Part shown: one piece after another, positions 1-9,573 of the stretch
How positions within the stretch are numbered: the first letter of the stretch is position 1
How the letters are laid out: each line of letters starts with the position of its first letter
DNA from: an uncultured Thermoplasmata archaeon
GTDB taxonomy: Archaea > Thermoplasmatota > Thermoplasmata > Halarchaeoplasmatales > Halarchaeoplasmataceae
Length of the DNA stretch: 64,000 nucleotides
Reading direction: 5' to 3'
Assembly: GCA_964462425.1 (NCBI GenBank)
Contig: CAYWYD010000004.1
Coordinates: 12,173 to 76,172 of the forward strand
Made by a program: the position numbers and the translations under genes
Notes under the pieces: generated by a model
Told to the model about the DNA's origin: nothing
What the model saw: only the letters and a program-made list of their open reading frames with translations
Database searches by the model: none

Positions 1-434
1 CGTCTTTTACCTTCCACCGAAACGATCAATACATCGTCTTTCACGTTCAGATCGATATCTTCCTTTTCAACGCCGGGGATATCCACGGTGACCTTTATCG
101 TCTCTCCGGTATCCTGGACATCTGTAAGAGGAGTCCATTCCGATTTCTCCACGTCTTCTTCCTCGCGGTGGAAATAGTCCTTAGCGTTGCCGAACTCGTC
201 TATCTTCGGTTTGCCGTCGGGGCCCTGTCTTATGGAGAAGCCGTAAACGAAGGGATCTTTCCCGGTCCTTTTTCTATTCCGATCGAGCATCTCTTCCGCT
301 AGTTTCTGCATTCTCTCAAATTCCTTATTCATATCGGTGAACTCGAACATATCGGAGAAGATATCACCGAATGGGTCTCTCCTTCTGCGTCTATCGTCCT
401 CATCTTCTTCATCCTCATCTTTTCCATAATTCAT
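1..434 (-). CDS. small heat-shock protein, Hsp20/alpha-crystallin family (C-terminal end runs off window start)
   Basis: Absent from the ORF track because there is no stop inside the window. Reverse-strand translation from the ATG at 432-434 gives MNYGKDEDEEDEDDRRRR...DYFHREEEDVEKSEWTPLTDVQDTGETIKVTVDIPGVEKEDIDLNVKDDVLIVSVEGKR, a typical alpha-crystallin domain core. It is paralogous to ORF 1141..1698. Confidence 0.7.
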   Translation of the reverse strand, partial: MNYGKDEDEEDEDDRRRRRDPFGDIFSDMFEFTDMNKEFERMQKLAEEMLDRNRKRTGKDPFVYGFSIRQGPDGKPKIDEFGNAKDYFHREEEDVEKSEWTPLTDVQDTGETIKVTVDIPGVEKEDIDLNVKDDVLIVSVEGKR

Positions 435-438
435 ATTA

Positions 439-1089
439 TCACCATATCTTGGTTTTCCTTTTCAGATCTAGTATTATTTTTTCGATCTCATCTTCTCGAA
501 CGTTGAAATATTCAGCTATCTTTTTAGGATCGGTCTCGCCTGAATCGAGAACATAGTAAAGGACCTCTCTTTTGCGGTAATTGTCGATATTGTCGTGTAT
601 ATAGCGATATGCTTCTGAAAGAGCCTTTTCCTTCAGTTTGAGCAGATATTTTCTCTTCTTCTCCAGCCGCTCGATCTCTTTTTCTATATTCTCGATTATC
701 TTCCTGTGTCCTTCGAGGAAACTTCCTTCGATAATCCCTTCGCCTATCTTTTCCTCGATCTCCTCGAAGTTCTCTATGTCCTCGTCCTCGAGATTTTCGA
801 CTTCAGTGCTGAACAATTGTGGCCCGATATCGATCCTGATTGAGAACTCCCTATTCAACGTGTAAGTCTTCGTCGGCGGTCCGCCCTTCTCGCTCTTGCA
901 TTCTTCCGACACCACCAACCCTTCGTCTTCCAGTTTTTCGAGATGTTTAGACACCGCCTGTTGACTCGTGTCTAGATTCCTCGAAAGGGCTAAAGGATAA
1001 TTTTCCTCTCTGCTCAAGAGGTGGAGTATCCTCCTTCTCGTCCTGTTCTGAAGGAGTTGTATCATTTCTTCGAACTCATCTTTATCCAT
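439..1089 (-). CDS. winged-helix (ArsR/Phr-like) transcriptional regulator with C-terminal charged coiled-coil
   Basis: N-terminal RRRILHLLSREENYPLALSRNLDTSQQAVSKHLEKLEDEGLV reads as an HTH/wing motif. The rest is a KE-rich helical region. It sits 4 bp upstream of one Hsp20 gene and 51 bp downstream of another on the same strand. Confidence 0.7.
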   Translation of the reverse strand: MDKDEFEEMIQLLQNRTRRRILHLLSREENYPLALSRNLDTSQQAVSKHLEKLEDEGLVVSEECKSEKGGPPTKTYTLNREFSIRIDIGPQLFSTEVENLEDEDIENFEEIEEKIGEGIIEGSFLEGHRKIIENIEKEIERLEKKRKYLLKLKEKALSEAYRYIHDNIDNYRKREVLYYVLDSGETDPKKIAEYFNVREDEIEKIILDLKRKTKIW

Positions 1090-1140
1090 TCAAACCACTT
1101 TTTATCCGCTGTAAATATGAAGGAAAGGGTTTTTGGGAGT

Positions 1141-1698
1141 CTATTCGATCTCGATCTTCTTTCCTTTCTTCTCCTCGGTCTCTTTTTTGGGCAGGTCTAT
1201 CGTCAGGATGCCGTTTTCCAGAGAAGCGCCGATCTCTTCCGGCTTCACTTCGTCCGGCAGCGGTAACTGTCTGTGGAAGGACGTGTATCCTCTCTCTTTT
1301 TTCAGATAATCTTCGCCTTCTTCTTCTCTTTCCTCCGTCTTTTCACCGTCTATCACTATATTATCGTCTCTAAGTTCTATCTCTATGTCGTCCTTGTCGA
1401 GACCGGGCATCTCGGCTTCGACTTGATACTTGTTCCCAAGATCTCTCAAGTCGGTCACCGGAGCTCTTCCAGAGGGCATTATACCGCTTCTTCTGGATCG
1501 TGATCTCCGTGGCCTGCCGAAGAATCTATCTAGAGTCCTATCCAGATCTTCGAAGACACTGTCGATCTCCCTGAAAGGACTGAAGAACCAATCGTCCGGA
1601 CTTTCCGCTAGTTCTCTATCGCGTCTTTTCGACCGTCTAGCTAGCCCTTCTTCCTCTTCTTCATCTTCTTTTTTTTCTTCTTCAGCCATTTTGATCAC
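1141..1698 (-). CDS. small heat-shock protein, Hsp20/alpha-crystallin family
   Basis: Contains ...YQVEAEMPGLDKDDIEIELRDDNIVIDGEK...SFHRQLPLPDEV...ASLENGILTIDLPKKE, the conserved Hsp20 core and GILTI motif. The N-terminal region is charged and low-complexity. Confidence 0.85.
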   Translation of the reverse strand: MIKMAEEEKKEDEEEEEGLARRSKRRDRELAESPDDWFFSPFREIDSVFEDLDRTLDRFFGRPRRSRSRRSGIMPSGRAPVTDLRDLGNKYQVEAEMPGLDKDDIEIELRDDNIVIDGEKTEEREEEGEDYLKKERGYTSFHRQLPLPDEVKPEEIGASLENGILTIDLPKKETEEKKGKKIEIE

Positions 1699-1734
1699 CT
1701 CGTCTTAACAACCTTAAGTTGTAATATCTTCATT

Positions 1735-1746
1735 TACTAATTAGTA
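1735..1746. promoter_or_regulatory. perfect 12-bp palindrome TACTAATTAGTA in the divergent promoter region upstream of the Hsp20 gene; candidate operator
   Basis: Read directly from the sequence. It lies about 37-48 bp upstream of the Hsp20 start at 1698/1689 and is adjacent to an ATATATAAAG TATA-like element at 1754-1763. Confidence 0.3.
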
Positions 1747-1842
1747 TGAAACTAATATATAAAGTTTTTCCATGATCTCCCAAAGTGTAGAAAGAAATGA
1801 GAGTAACAACGCTTTTATATCTACCAATATACTCAAAAGGCG

Positions 1843-2229
1843 ATGGATCTGAAAGATCTCGATTTCAAGGTGAAGATAAAGACCCCAAAGTTTCCCACGG
1901 AAGACAAGGAAAGAGTTGTTTCCTGTCTCTCGAATATATTTCCTAAAACCCAGTGGACTCTAGGCGAGGAAAAAATCGAAGGTGAATCCAATTATCTCAC
2001 TCGATTCAAGATGATACTGGAGGATATGCAGATAAGGGACACCGCTCGAGATCATATGAAAAGCAGGGTCACTGGAGACCGATGTTCATTCCTACTTTCT
2101 AAACAGGCCGCCTGCAGCGAAAAGATAAATTTTTCACAGGAGGAACAACCTTTAGGGGAAATAGAGGTAGATATAGTCTGCGACGAGATGATGAAACTTA
2201 TAGATATTCTCACAGAGGTAGAGGAGTGA
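1843..2229 (+). CDS. hypothetical protein (128 aa)
   Basis: Clean ORF in an AT-rich intergenic context, 1 bp upstream of the next plus-strand gene. I do not recognise a domain. Confidence 0.55.
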   Translation: MDLKDLDFKVKIKTPKFPTEDKERVVSCLSNIFPKTQWTLGEEKIEGESNYLTRFKMILEDMQIRDTARDHMKSRVTGDRCSFLLSKQAACSEKINFSQEEQPLGEIEVDIVCDEMMKLIDILTEVEE

Positions 2230-2230
2230 T

Positions 2231-2998
2231 ATGAACGGAATATTCGTTTCCAATCCAAAGTTCTCATTACGCCCCTTCGAAGAGGTGCTTGAAGATGTCG
2301 AGAAAGAATTTGAAGGGTGGGAGATCATCGCGGAAGAGTATCACGGATGGAAATGTAAAGAGGAGATAAAGGACGCTCTTTCGACTTCAGACCTTGAAGT
2401 TCAGATCCACTCTCCATTGAACGATATAAATATAGCCAGTATAAATCCCCGGATAAGAGAAGTCAGCGTTGAAGAAGTTAAACGATCGATAGAGATGGCT
2501 TCGATGATCGATGCTGAGGTCGTCACCGTCCATCCCGGGGTGTATTCTCCTTTGAGCCAGTATTTGGATTCCGTGCTCGAGATCTCTAAAGGATCTTTGA
2601 TAGAGTTGAAAAAAGCCGCTGAAGAGTTCTCCGTCACTCTGGCAGTGGAGAATCTTCCGGAGATGTGGATAACTTTCTGCAGTGAACCGGAGGAGATAGA
2701 AAAACTGGTTAGAGAGGTCGGTTCGGCTTTTTGTCTAGATATAGGCCACGCCTACATAGCGGATCGCTTGGATGATTTTCTTGAGCTCGATCTTCCTTTA
2801 GCGAATCTTCATCTTCACGACAATCACGGGGAAGAAGATGTCCACCTTCCTCTTGGCCAGGGTGATATAGAACTTGAGAAGGTTCTATCTTCTTTAAAAG
2901 ATTATAAAGGAGGTCTTGTTATAGAAGGTAGAGACTTGGAAGGACTGATCGAGAGCAGGGATCGTTTGAACGAGATTTTAGGTCGCAATACGGCATAA
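2231..2998 (+). CDS. sugar phosphate isomerase/epimerase (xylose-isomerase-like TIM barrel, AP endonuclease family 2 fold)
   Basis: Motifs VVTVHPG, LAVENLPE, LDIGHAYIA and LHLHDN.G are typical metal-binding strands of this family. Confidence 0.75.
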   Translation: MNGIFVSNPKFSLRPFEEVLEDVEKEFEGWEIIAEEYHGWKCKEEIKDALSTSDLEVQIHSPLNDINIASINPRIREVSVEEVKRSIEMASMIDAEVVTVHPGVYSPLSQYLDSVLEISKGSLIELKKAAEEFSVTLAVENLPEMWITFCSEPEEIEKLVREVGSAFCLDIGHAYIADRLDDFLELDLPLANLHLHDNHGEEDVHLPLGQGDIELEKVLSSLKDYKGGLVIEGRDLEGLIESRDRLNEILGRNTA

Positions 2999-3039
2999 AA
3001 AATAAATCATGAAGGGTATAATGGGAACGTGACAGAGAA

Positions 3040-4023
3040 ATGGATTGGTCAATCATATTGTATCTCGCAGCGGTGATTTTCTGTCTCTATATGAGCGGCC
3101 GCTTCTCAGGTAGTGAAACCGCATTGACCGCATTGAACAGGATAGAGATAAACAAGATGAAAGACAAGAACGAAAAGCATGCCGAAAAGATCGAATACCT
3201 CAAGCGAAACATGGATCAGACCATCACTACAATCTTGATAGGTAATAATGTCGTCAACGTTGCCGCACCCACCCTTGTCACTTTTATGGTCAAAGAAGCG
3301 ATCGGCAATTGGGCGATCTCGATAGCTAGCGGTATCCTGACATTGGTCCTGCTGATATTCGGTGAGATAACTCCTAAAGGTTTTTCTCTGAAAAATAAAG
3401 AGCGGTTCAGTAAAAACAACGCCGCATTGATCTACTACATGTCCATAATCCTAAAACCTCTCATCATAGCATTGAACAACATCTCGGACTACCTGATCAC
3501 GAAACTCGGAGGAGAGACCGAATCCGACGAGATGGAAGTTAGAGAAACTGACGTCATGCATCTGGCTACGATGCTTGAAGAGGAGGGTGAAATCAAAAAG
3601 ATAGAGAAAGAAATACTTCAAAGAGTGTTCTGGTTCGGAGATCAAAAGGTCAAAAACGTGAAGGTGCCTAAAGAAGAGACCTACGCCCTGGATTCCGATC
3701 TTTCTATCGAGGAGGTAGCGCAGTTCATCCAGCAGCACGGCTTTACTAGGCTACCCGTGACCAAACACGATTCGGACGACGTGATAGGCATCCTCTACAG
3801 CAAAGAAATACTTGGAAAAAAAGAGGGTAAAGTCAAGGATCACGTAAGAGAGCCTCACTTCGTGAGGAACCAAGATGATATCACGAAGGTCTTTCAGAGG
3901 ATGAGAAAGTACAGGATACATCAGGCAGTCGTCAGGGACGAGGATGGAAACTTCGACGGGATAATAACATTGGAAGATGTTTTGGAGGAGCTAGTGGGAG
4001 AGATATATGATGAATTTGATTGA
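3040..4023 (+). CDS. CNNM/DUF21 transmembrane domain + tandem CBS domain protein (CorC/HlyC-type putative Mg2+/Co2+ efflux)
   Basis: The N-terminus has about 4 TM helices with the DUF21 signature (SGSETALTALNRIE...). It is followed by a CBS pair (...VKVPKEETYALD...GFTRLPV...QAVVRDEDGNFDGIITLEDVLEELVGEI). Confidence 0.8.
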   Translation: MDWSIILYLAAVIFCLYMSGRFSGSETALTALNRIEINKMKDKNEKHAEKIEYLKRNMDQTITTILIGNNVVNVAAPTLVTFMVKEAIGNWAISIASGILTLVLLIFGEITPKGFSLKNKERFSKNNAALIYYMSIILKPLIIALNNISDYLITKLGGETESDEMEVRETDVMHLATMLEEEGEIKKIEKEILQRVFWFGDQKVKNVKVPKEETYALDSDLSIEEVAQFIQQHGFTRLPVTKHDSDDVIGILYSKEILGKKEGKVKDHVREPHFVRNQDDITKVFQRMRKYRIHQAVVRDEDGNFDGIITLEDVLEELVGEIYDEFD

Positions 4024-4082
4024 CTAAGCTGTGCGGGGCAAGATTAAATAAACTCCCGTACTATATTGATTTTGGAGAGTTT

Positions 4083-5423
4083 ATGAGTATGACTCATGAT
4101 GTGATCATAGTGGGGGCGGGTCCCGCTGGTCTTTTCGCCAGTTACGAACTGAGTGAAAAAGATCTAGATGTGTTAGTTGTAGATAAAGGGAAGGATATCC
4201 ATAAAAGGACAGAAGACAATATAATGTCTGGAGTAGGCGGAGCGGGCACTTATTCCGACGGTACGGTCAATCTTAGACCCGACATAGGTGGAAATTTACG
4301 GGATTACACGAAGAACGATAGTGAAGCATGGGAATTGATAGAATACATAGAAGATATCCTTTCGTCCCATGGCATGCCAGAGCCCAGGGAAGAAAATAGT
4401 GAGCAGGAGGAAAAACTGAGGAGAAGAGCTGCATCTTTAGGAGCTCGGTTTTACCCGATCAGGCAAGCCCACATCGGCTCGGATAAAGCTCCCGCGGTCA
4501 TCAGTTCTTTCAAGGAGGAATTGGAAGACCGGGGAGTTTCTTTCCAGACTGAGACCGAAGTAGAAGATATACTAATCGAGGACAGAAAATGCAAAGGTGT
4601 GATAACTGTCGAGGGCGAAGAGATACGTGCAGATAACACTGTTCTCGCACCAGGAAGAGTGGGGATAGAGTGGGTGCAGGACTTGACCGACCGATTACCG
4701 CTGAAGGCTGATTTTGCCCCTATAGACATAGGCGTTAGAGTGGAAGTGCCGAGTATAATCATGGATCCCGTGATAGAGGTTAATAGAGATCCAAAATTTC
4801 ATCTTTACACGAAGAGTTACGACGACTTCGTTAGGACTTTCTGTACCAACCACAGGGGTTTCGTTGTGGAGGAGAATTACGACGGTTTCATCGGAGTCAA
4901 CGGTCATTCTCTGAAGGATAAGGAATCGGATAAGACCAACTTCGCCTTTTTGGTGCGGACTCATCTTACAGAGCCGCTGGAAGATACGACCAAATATGGA
5001 AGGGCGATAGCCCAGTTAGCTACCACGATCGGCGGAGGAAAACCTATAGTTCAGAGGTTAGGGGATCTGAGAGACGGGCGAAGATCGACCCAGTCAAGGA
5101 TCGACAGGAATCCGGTACAACCAACCCTGAAAGATTACACCCCCGGAGATATCTCCATGGCATTACCGGAACGGGCGGTGATCGATATAAAAGAGGGATT
5201 AGGAATGCTGAACAAGATAATACCCGGAGTGGATTCTGGCGCGACGCTGCTTTATGCGCCGGAGATCAAATTCTACGCGAACCACCTTAGAGTGGATGAT
5301 GGTCTGCAGACTTCCATACCTGACCTTTACGCGGCAGGAGACGGTGCCGGCCTTTCTCACGATATAGTTAACGCGGCAGCGACCGGAATATTGGTTGGAA
5401 GAAGTATTCGCGATGAGTTCTGA
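4083..5423 (+). CDS. FAD-dependent dehydrogenase (COG2509-like NAD(FAD)-utilising dehydrogenase)
   Basis: Rossmann motif VIIVGAGPAGLFASYEL immediately follows the internal Met (MSMTHD). The ORF track offers an earlier start at 4020, which I consider less likely. C-terminal AAGDGAGLSHDIVNAAATG matches the FAD-binding end. Confidence 0.75.
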   Translation: MSMTHDVIIVGAGPAGLFASYELSEKDLDVLVVDKGKDIHKRTEDNIMSGVGGAGTYSDGTVNLRPDIGGNLRDYTKNDSEAWELIEYIEDILSSHGMPEPREENSEQEEKLRRRAASLGARFYPIRQAHIGSDKAPAVISSFKEELEDRGVSFQTETEVEDILIEDRKCKGVITVEGEEIRADNTVLAPGRVGIEWVQDLTDRLPLKADFAPIDIGVRVEVPSIIMDPVIEVNRDPKFHLYTKSYDDFVRTFCTNHRGFVVEENYDGFIGVNGHSLKDKESDKTNFAFLVRTHLTEPLEDTTKYGRAIAQLATTIGGGKPIVQRLGDLRDGRRSTQSRIDRNPVQPTLKDYTPGDISMALPERAVIDIKEGLGMLNKIIPGVDSGATLLYAPEIKFYANHLRVDDGLQTSIPDLYAAGDGAGLSHDIVNAAATGILVGRSIRDEF

Positions 5424-5524
5424 TTTTTGAGTTGATTAGAAACGTCCGAGTACCCGTACATGTTATTTTTAAGCTTTCTATCCCGGGAGAATCTATTTAA
5501 CTTTCTTTCGATTTTTCAAACAAG

Positions 5525-6808
5525 ATGACCTACAAGACTATCCAAGATACGATCCACGGAAGCGTGAAGTTCAGCGGTCCATTTTTGGACCTGATTGACT
5601 GCCCCGAAGTGCAGAGGTTGAGAGGGATAAAACAGCTAGGCCTTACCCATCTAGTGTTCCCCGGAGCGAACCACACTAGGTTGGAACATTCCATAGGCGC
5701 ATATCACGTGGCGGACAAGATGGCCCAACAGCTCGAGCTCTCTCAAGAGGAAAAGAAAACGGTCAAAGCCGCGGCGCTTCTTCACGACGTGGGCCACGCG
5801 CCTTTCAGTCATACTCTCGAATTCCTCCTCGAAGAGAAAGACGGGAAGGATCACATGGATATCACCCAGGAATTGATCAGAGGATCTAGAAAGATCGAAG
5901 ATAGAGAACACCCTAGCATACCGAAGATATTGGAAAACCACGGGATCGATCCTGAAGAAGTGGCGGAGCTGATAAAAGAGGAACCTGAAAGGATGAAGAT
6001 AACTGACCTCAACGTTCACGAAGGTCAGAAATACTTCGGAGAGGAAAAATATCTTTATCAGATGATACACAGCTCTCTAGACGTCGATCAGCTCGATTAT
6101 CTCCTGCGGGATTCCCACTACACCGGCGCTGCCCATGGGATCATCGATCTGGAGAGGCTTATCCAGACCGTCGAGATCCACAACGGCAATCTGGTGGTCT
6201 CGAAGGGAGGCGTTCCAGCGGTGGAGGGGATGCTGGTCGCTAGAGGATTGATGTACTCCTCCGTTTATTTTCACAAAACGGCTCGGATCGCCGAATTGAT
6301 GCTGACCAAGGCGGTCGACGAGTTGAAGCACCTACCGGAGAATATTTACGAGATGTCTGACAGGGAATTCTTGAATTTTTTAGAAAGTCGAGGAAAGTTT
6401 CAAGAGGAGATCGTCCAGCGGATCAAATACAGGCGTCTTTACAAGAAATGCATGACGTTGGACCAGGAACAATTGAAAAAAGCGGAAGGTCTGGATATGG
6501 AACGCCTCGATGATCTGGAGCGAATAAGAGAACTGGAAAAACGGATCGCTAGGCGGGAAAATACAGATGAGAACAAGATCCTGGTCGATGTACCTCACGA
6601 GGAGATAAAATTATCAGAACCCAGGTTATCCAAAACCGGTATTAAAATACTCGATGACGGCGATCTTGCCGAGCTTTCAAGTTACAGTCCTTTGGCTAGA
6701 GCTCTACAGAGGCGGCCAACTCAACCCTGGGCTCTGATGGTATCTTGTCCCTCCGAGATCAGGGAAAAGATTGGAGAAAAAGCGAGAAGGGAAATAATGG
6801 GTGATTGA
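5525..6808 (+). CDS. HD-domain phosphohydrolase (dNTP triphosphohydrolase-like, COG1078)
   Basis: HTRLEHSIGAYHVA...LLHDVGHAPFSH supplies the H..HD metal-binding motifs. The tail region also contains DQLDYLLRDSHYTG. Confidence 0.85.
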   Translation: MTYKTIQDTIHGSVKFSGPFLDLIDCPEVQRLRGIKQLGLTHLVFPGANHTRLEHSIGAYHVADKMAQQLELSQEEKKTVKAAALLHDVGHAPFSHTLEFLLEEKDGKDHMDITQELIRGSRKIEDREHPSIPKILENHGIDPEEVAELIKEEPERMKITDLNVHEGQKYFGEEKYLYQMIHSSLDVDQLDYLLRDSHYTGAAHGIIDLERLIQTVEIHNGNLVVSKGGVPAVEGMLVARGLMYSSVYFHKTARIAELMLTKAVDELKHLPENIYEMSDREFLNFLESRGKFQEEIVQRIKYRRLYKKCMTLDQEQLKKAEGLDMERLDDLERIRELEKRIARRENTDENKILVDVPHEEIKLSEPRLSKTGIKILDDGDLAELSSYSPLARALQRRPTQPWALMVSCPSEIREKIGEKARREIMGD

Positions 6809-6829
6809 TCGTCATCTCCAAATTGGAAG

Positions 6830-8377
6830 GTGAAGCAAAACCTTTTAAATGTGAGCTCTAATCTTCTTATAGATGGGATGAGTCTGACGGAGGACGAGCT
6901 CGAGGAAGAAAACGAAATCCTCACGGAGGATACGCAGGAATACGGTCGGGTCGGGGTGACTTTTGGTAACGTCGGCACGACTTCTATGAAGTTCAATGTC
7001 TCTTCTTCCGTGAACAAGGGCGAATACGTACAGATCGCTCATCCCAACGTCGGGTGGGTTCTCGGACAGATAGAGAGTGTAGAACGGCAGAGCGACCTCT
7101 CCGTGGATAAGGCTGAAGAGTTGAACGACGGCAAAGAAGTGGATATTGACGAAACAGTTGTCGCCAAAGTGAATATAATAGGCTACAGGGACGAAAAGAA
7201 TCTTTTGAGGGTCCCCGGCAACCCTTTCAGAGCCGGTGAACCAGTTTATTTGGCAGAGGAAGATCTGATAAGAGAAGTCTTAGGATTAAAAGAAAGCAGA
7301 GAGGGGGCATATATAGGAAAGCTGCGTGGGCACGACATCAAGGTGAACATGAACATCAACACCATCGCCCAGAAACATCTTTCCGTGCTTGCTAAGACAG
7401 GCAGCGGGAAGAGTTACACCGCCGGCGTCCTGATAGAGGAGATGCTTAAAAACGACGTCACTATGGTGATATTAGATCCCCACGGCGAATACCGTTCCAT
7501 AGCAAAGGCGGGCAATCCGAAAAGTTCTGAAGTTTTCGAGATAGAACCGAGAGGTTACGGGGATAAATTGACCGAATTTTCACCGAACCCCGAGATAAAT
7601 ACAGGGTCGCAGCCTTTGAGATTCACTTTTAAAAATATGGAGACCAAAGAGATCTTAAATATGTGTGACCTCAACAAGAGGAAGACCTATATCAACAGCC
7701 TAGAAAATGCTAAGTCAAAGTTGGCTCATTCAAAGGGAAGCTTCGGGGTGGGGGACGTGATAAACCTTCTAAAAAGTAACGAAGAGGATGTTTCGACCAC
7801 TTTGATAAAGGGGCTCGAGGAACTTCGGAATAAAAATATCTTCGCGGCTAAAGGCACGAGGATGGACGAGTTGGTCAACGAGGGAAGAGCTTCCATCGTA
7901 AATCTGAAAGGCACCCCTCCGGATATGCAGGGTTTCATCGTCGATAAGATAGCCAACTCGATATTTGAATTAAGAAAGAGGGATAAAATTCCCCCGCTGA
8001 TAATGTTCGCCGAAGAAGCCCATAACTTCTGTCCACAGAGAGGAAAAGTGAGATGTTCCGATACGTTTAGAACCCTAGCTTCAGAAGGTAGAAAATTCGG
8101 TCTAGGTCTAGGTATAATCACTCAAAGGCCCGCGAAAGTCGACAAAAACGTGCTCAGCCAGTGCAACACTCAGATAATATTGAAAGTCACCAATCCCAAC
8201 GATCTGAAAGCGATAGAAAAGTCCGTTGAGGGCATGACTAAGGGGATGAAAGATGAGATAAGTCGTCTTCCGGTGGGAGAAGCCATTTTGTCCGGAGCTG
8301 GTCTTTCCGAACCTCTCCTGGTTCAGGTTAGACCTCGCGAATCCAAAGATGGCGGAGAATCTATAGAGGTTATATGA
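6830..8377 (+). CDS. herA: HerA-family hexameric DNA helicase/translocase ATPase (HAS-barrel + RecA-like)
   Basis: Walker A AKTGSGKSYTAGVLIEEM; Walker B/DE motif PPLIMFAEEAHNFCP; the N-terminus has HAS-barrel-like beta strands. The start may instead be at the internal Met at 6878. Confidence 0.8.
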   Translation: MKQNLLNVSSNLLIDGMSLTEDELEEENEILTEDTQEYGRVGVTFGNVGTTSMKFNVSSSVNKGEYVQIAHPNVGWVLGQIESVERQSDLSVDKAEELNDGKEVDIDETVVAKVNIIGYRDEKNLLRVPGNPFRAGEPVYLAEEDLIREVLGLKESREGAYIGKLRGHDIKVNMNINTIAQKHLSVLAKTGSGKSYTAGVLIEEMLKNDVTMVILDPHGEYRSIAKAGNPKSSEVFEIEPRGYGDKLTEFSPNPEINTGSQPLRFTFKNMETKEILNMCDLNKRKTYINSLENAKSKLAHSKGSFGVGDVINLLKSNEEDVSTTLIKGLEELRNKNIFAAKGTRMDELVNEGRASIVNLKGTPPDMQGFIVDKIANSIFELRKRDKIPPLIMFAEEAHNFCPQRGKVRCSDTFRTLASEGRKFGLGLGIITQRPAKVDKNVLSQCNTQIILKVTNPNDLKAIEKSVEGMTKGMKDEISRLPVGEAILSGAGLSEPLLVQVRPRESKDGGESIEVI

Positions 8378-8390
8378 GGGGGTTATAACA

Positions 8391-8678
8391 GTGGTCTCTG
8401 AAGAAAGAGTGGAGGAATACATATCTAAAACCGAGGAAGCTTTGGATAAGATCGAGATGGTCCAGCCCGATCGATCACACTTCAAAGGATTGGCGGAAGA
8501 TTTTCTCGAGATGGTGGAAGCTTATCAGGAAGATGCGAAGCATTTTTACGAAGAAGGCGATCTGGTGAACGCCTTCGCCTGTATCAATTATGCGCACGGT
8601 TGGTTAGACGCTGGGGCCAGATTGGGACTCTTCGATACCGGGGGAGACGATCAACTTTTTACACTGGCGGAAGGATGA
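8391..8678 (+). CDS. small conserved archaeal protein (DUF357-like, approx. 95 aa)
   Basis: Acidic helical protein with a conserved-looking YAHGWLDAGARLG motif. The family assignment is from memory and uncertain. Confidence 0.5.
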   Translation: MVSEERVEEYISKTEEALDKIEMVQPDRSHFKGLAEDFLEMVEAYQEDAKHFYEEGDLVNAFACINYAHGWLDAGARLGLFDTGGDDQLFTLAEG

Positions 8679-8712
8679 GTAAATATGAATATAATTACAT
8701 CTTAGACGACTA

Positions 8713-9573
8713 TCAAACTACTCTCGCACCCTCGTTATCGATCTTCGTCACATAGACGTTCTCTTCTCCGACTTTCTCCTCTAACAAGTCCTTCAACTCC
8801 TCCGTATCTCCAAAAAAGAAGACCGAGTTGCCTATCATGGCCATGCTTCCCTTTCCGGCTTTCTTACCGGCTTCTAAAGCCGGCTTTATACTGTCCTTGA
8901 TGAATTCCGTTTCCTCGGCAAACCTCAACGAAAGATCCAAGAAATGTTCGAAATCGTAATCCGGTTCGAATTCTTCCATCAGCTCTTCTCCGACTGAATT
9001 TATCCATCCGACCATGAACGGATCGTTGAGAATATCGGGAGTCACCAACGGACTTCCGGCTACCGCTAGAACCACGTCTTTCTCTATCTTTTCGACTTTT
9101 ATCTCGCCGGAAGGCGGTAAACCCTTTTTGATCCTTACCTCGAAACCTCCATTGGTTTGTGCAAGAACGTCCCCCATCCCGGTCCTGCAGAACATCTCGG
9201 CCTTGTGAGCCGCCGAAAGGCCCGCATCAGGACTCTTTCCGACTTCCTTCAGCACGGCTAGAGCAGCCGAAAGTGCGCAGGCACCGCTCATACCGAAACC
9301 TTGACTGAAAGGTAGATCCGTTTCGATCTCGACGGTCCCTCCTTTTGCGAAGTTGTAAACGGTCTTTTCCACCACCAAAAAAGAACTCTGTTCACCGTTC
9401 ACTATGATATCCCAACCTTTTCCATCCACTTCTGCTTCCGCGTGAGCACCGAGCTCGACCGAAAAACCGGCACCTTTAGAACCCATCCTGGTATCGTTTT
9501 CGTAATTCTTACCCTCGAAAGGAAGGGTGAAAAAACCCGTTATGTGTGCTGGACAGAACGCTTCACTGCTCAT
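8713..9573 (-). CDS. GHMP-family kinase, probable archaeal pantoate kinase
   Basis: GHMP motifs ...MGSKGAGFSVELGAHAE... and GFGMSGACALSAALAV (ATP-binding loop). I place the start at internal MSSEAFCPAHITGFF (9573), which gives the classic 4-bp overlap with the CoaBC gene upstream. Pantoate kinase is the archaeal-specific CoA pathway enzyme. Confidence 0.65.
   Translation of the reverse strand: MSSEAFCPAHITGFFTLPFEGKNYENDTRMGSKGAGFSVELGAHAEAEVDGKGWDIIVNGEQSSFLVVEKTVYNFAKGGTVEIETDLPFSQGFGMSGACALSAALAVLKEVGKSPDAGLSAAHKAEMFCRTGMGDVLAQTNGGFEVRIKKGLPPSGEIKVEKIEKDVVLAVAGSPLVTPDILNDPFMVGWINSVGEELMEEFEPDYDFEHFLDLSLRFAEETEFIKDSIKPALEAGKKAGKGSMAMIGNSVFFFGDTEELKDLLEEKVGEENVYVTKIDNEGARVV

Noticed and set aside
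371-1266. Small plus-strand ORFs 371..556, 638..865, 1021..1266
   Set aside because: They are antisense to the Hsp20/regulator genes, hydrophobic and low-complexity, with no independent signals.
6830-8700. NurA nuclease gene adjacent to herA
   Set aside because: The only downstream ORF is 95 aa and lacks NurA motifs. The next gene is on the opposite strand (GHMP kinase).
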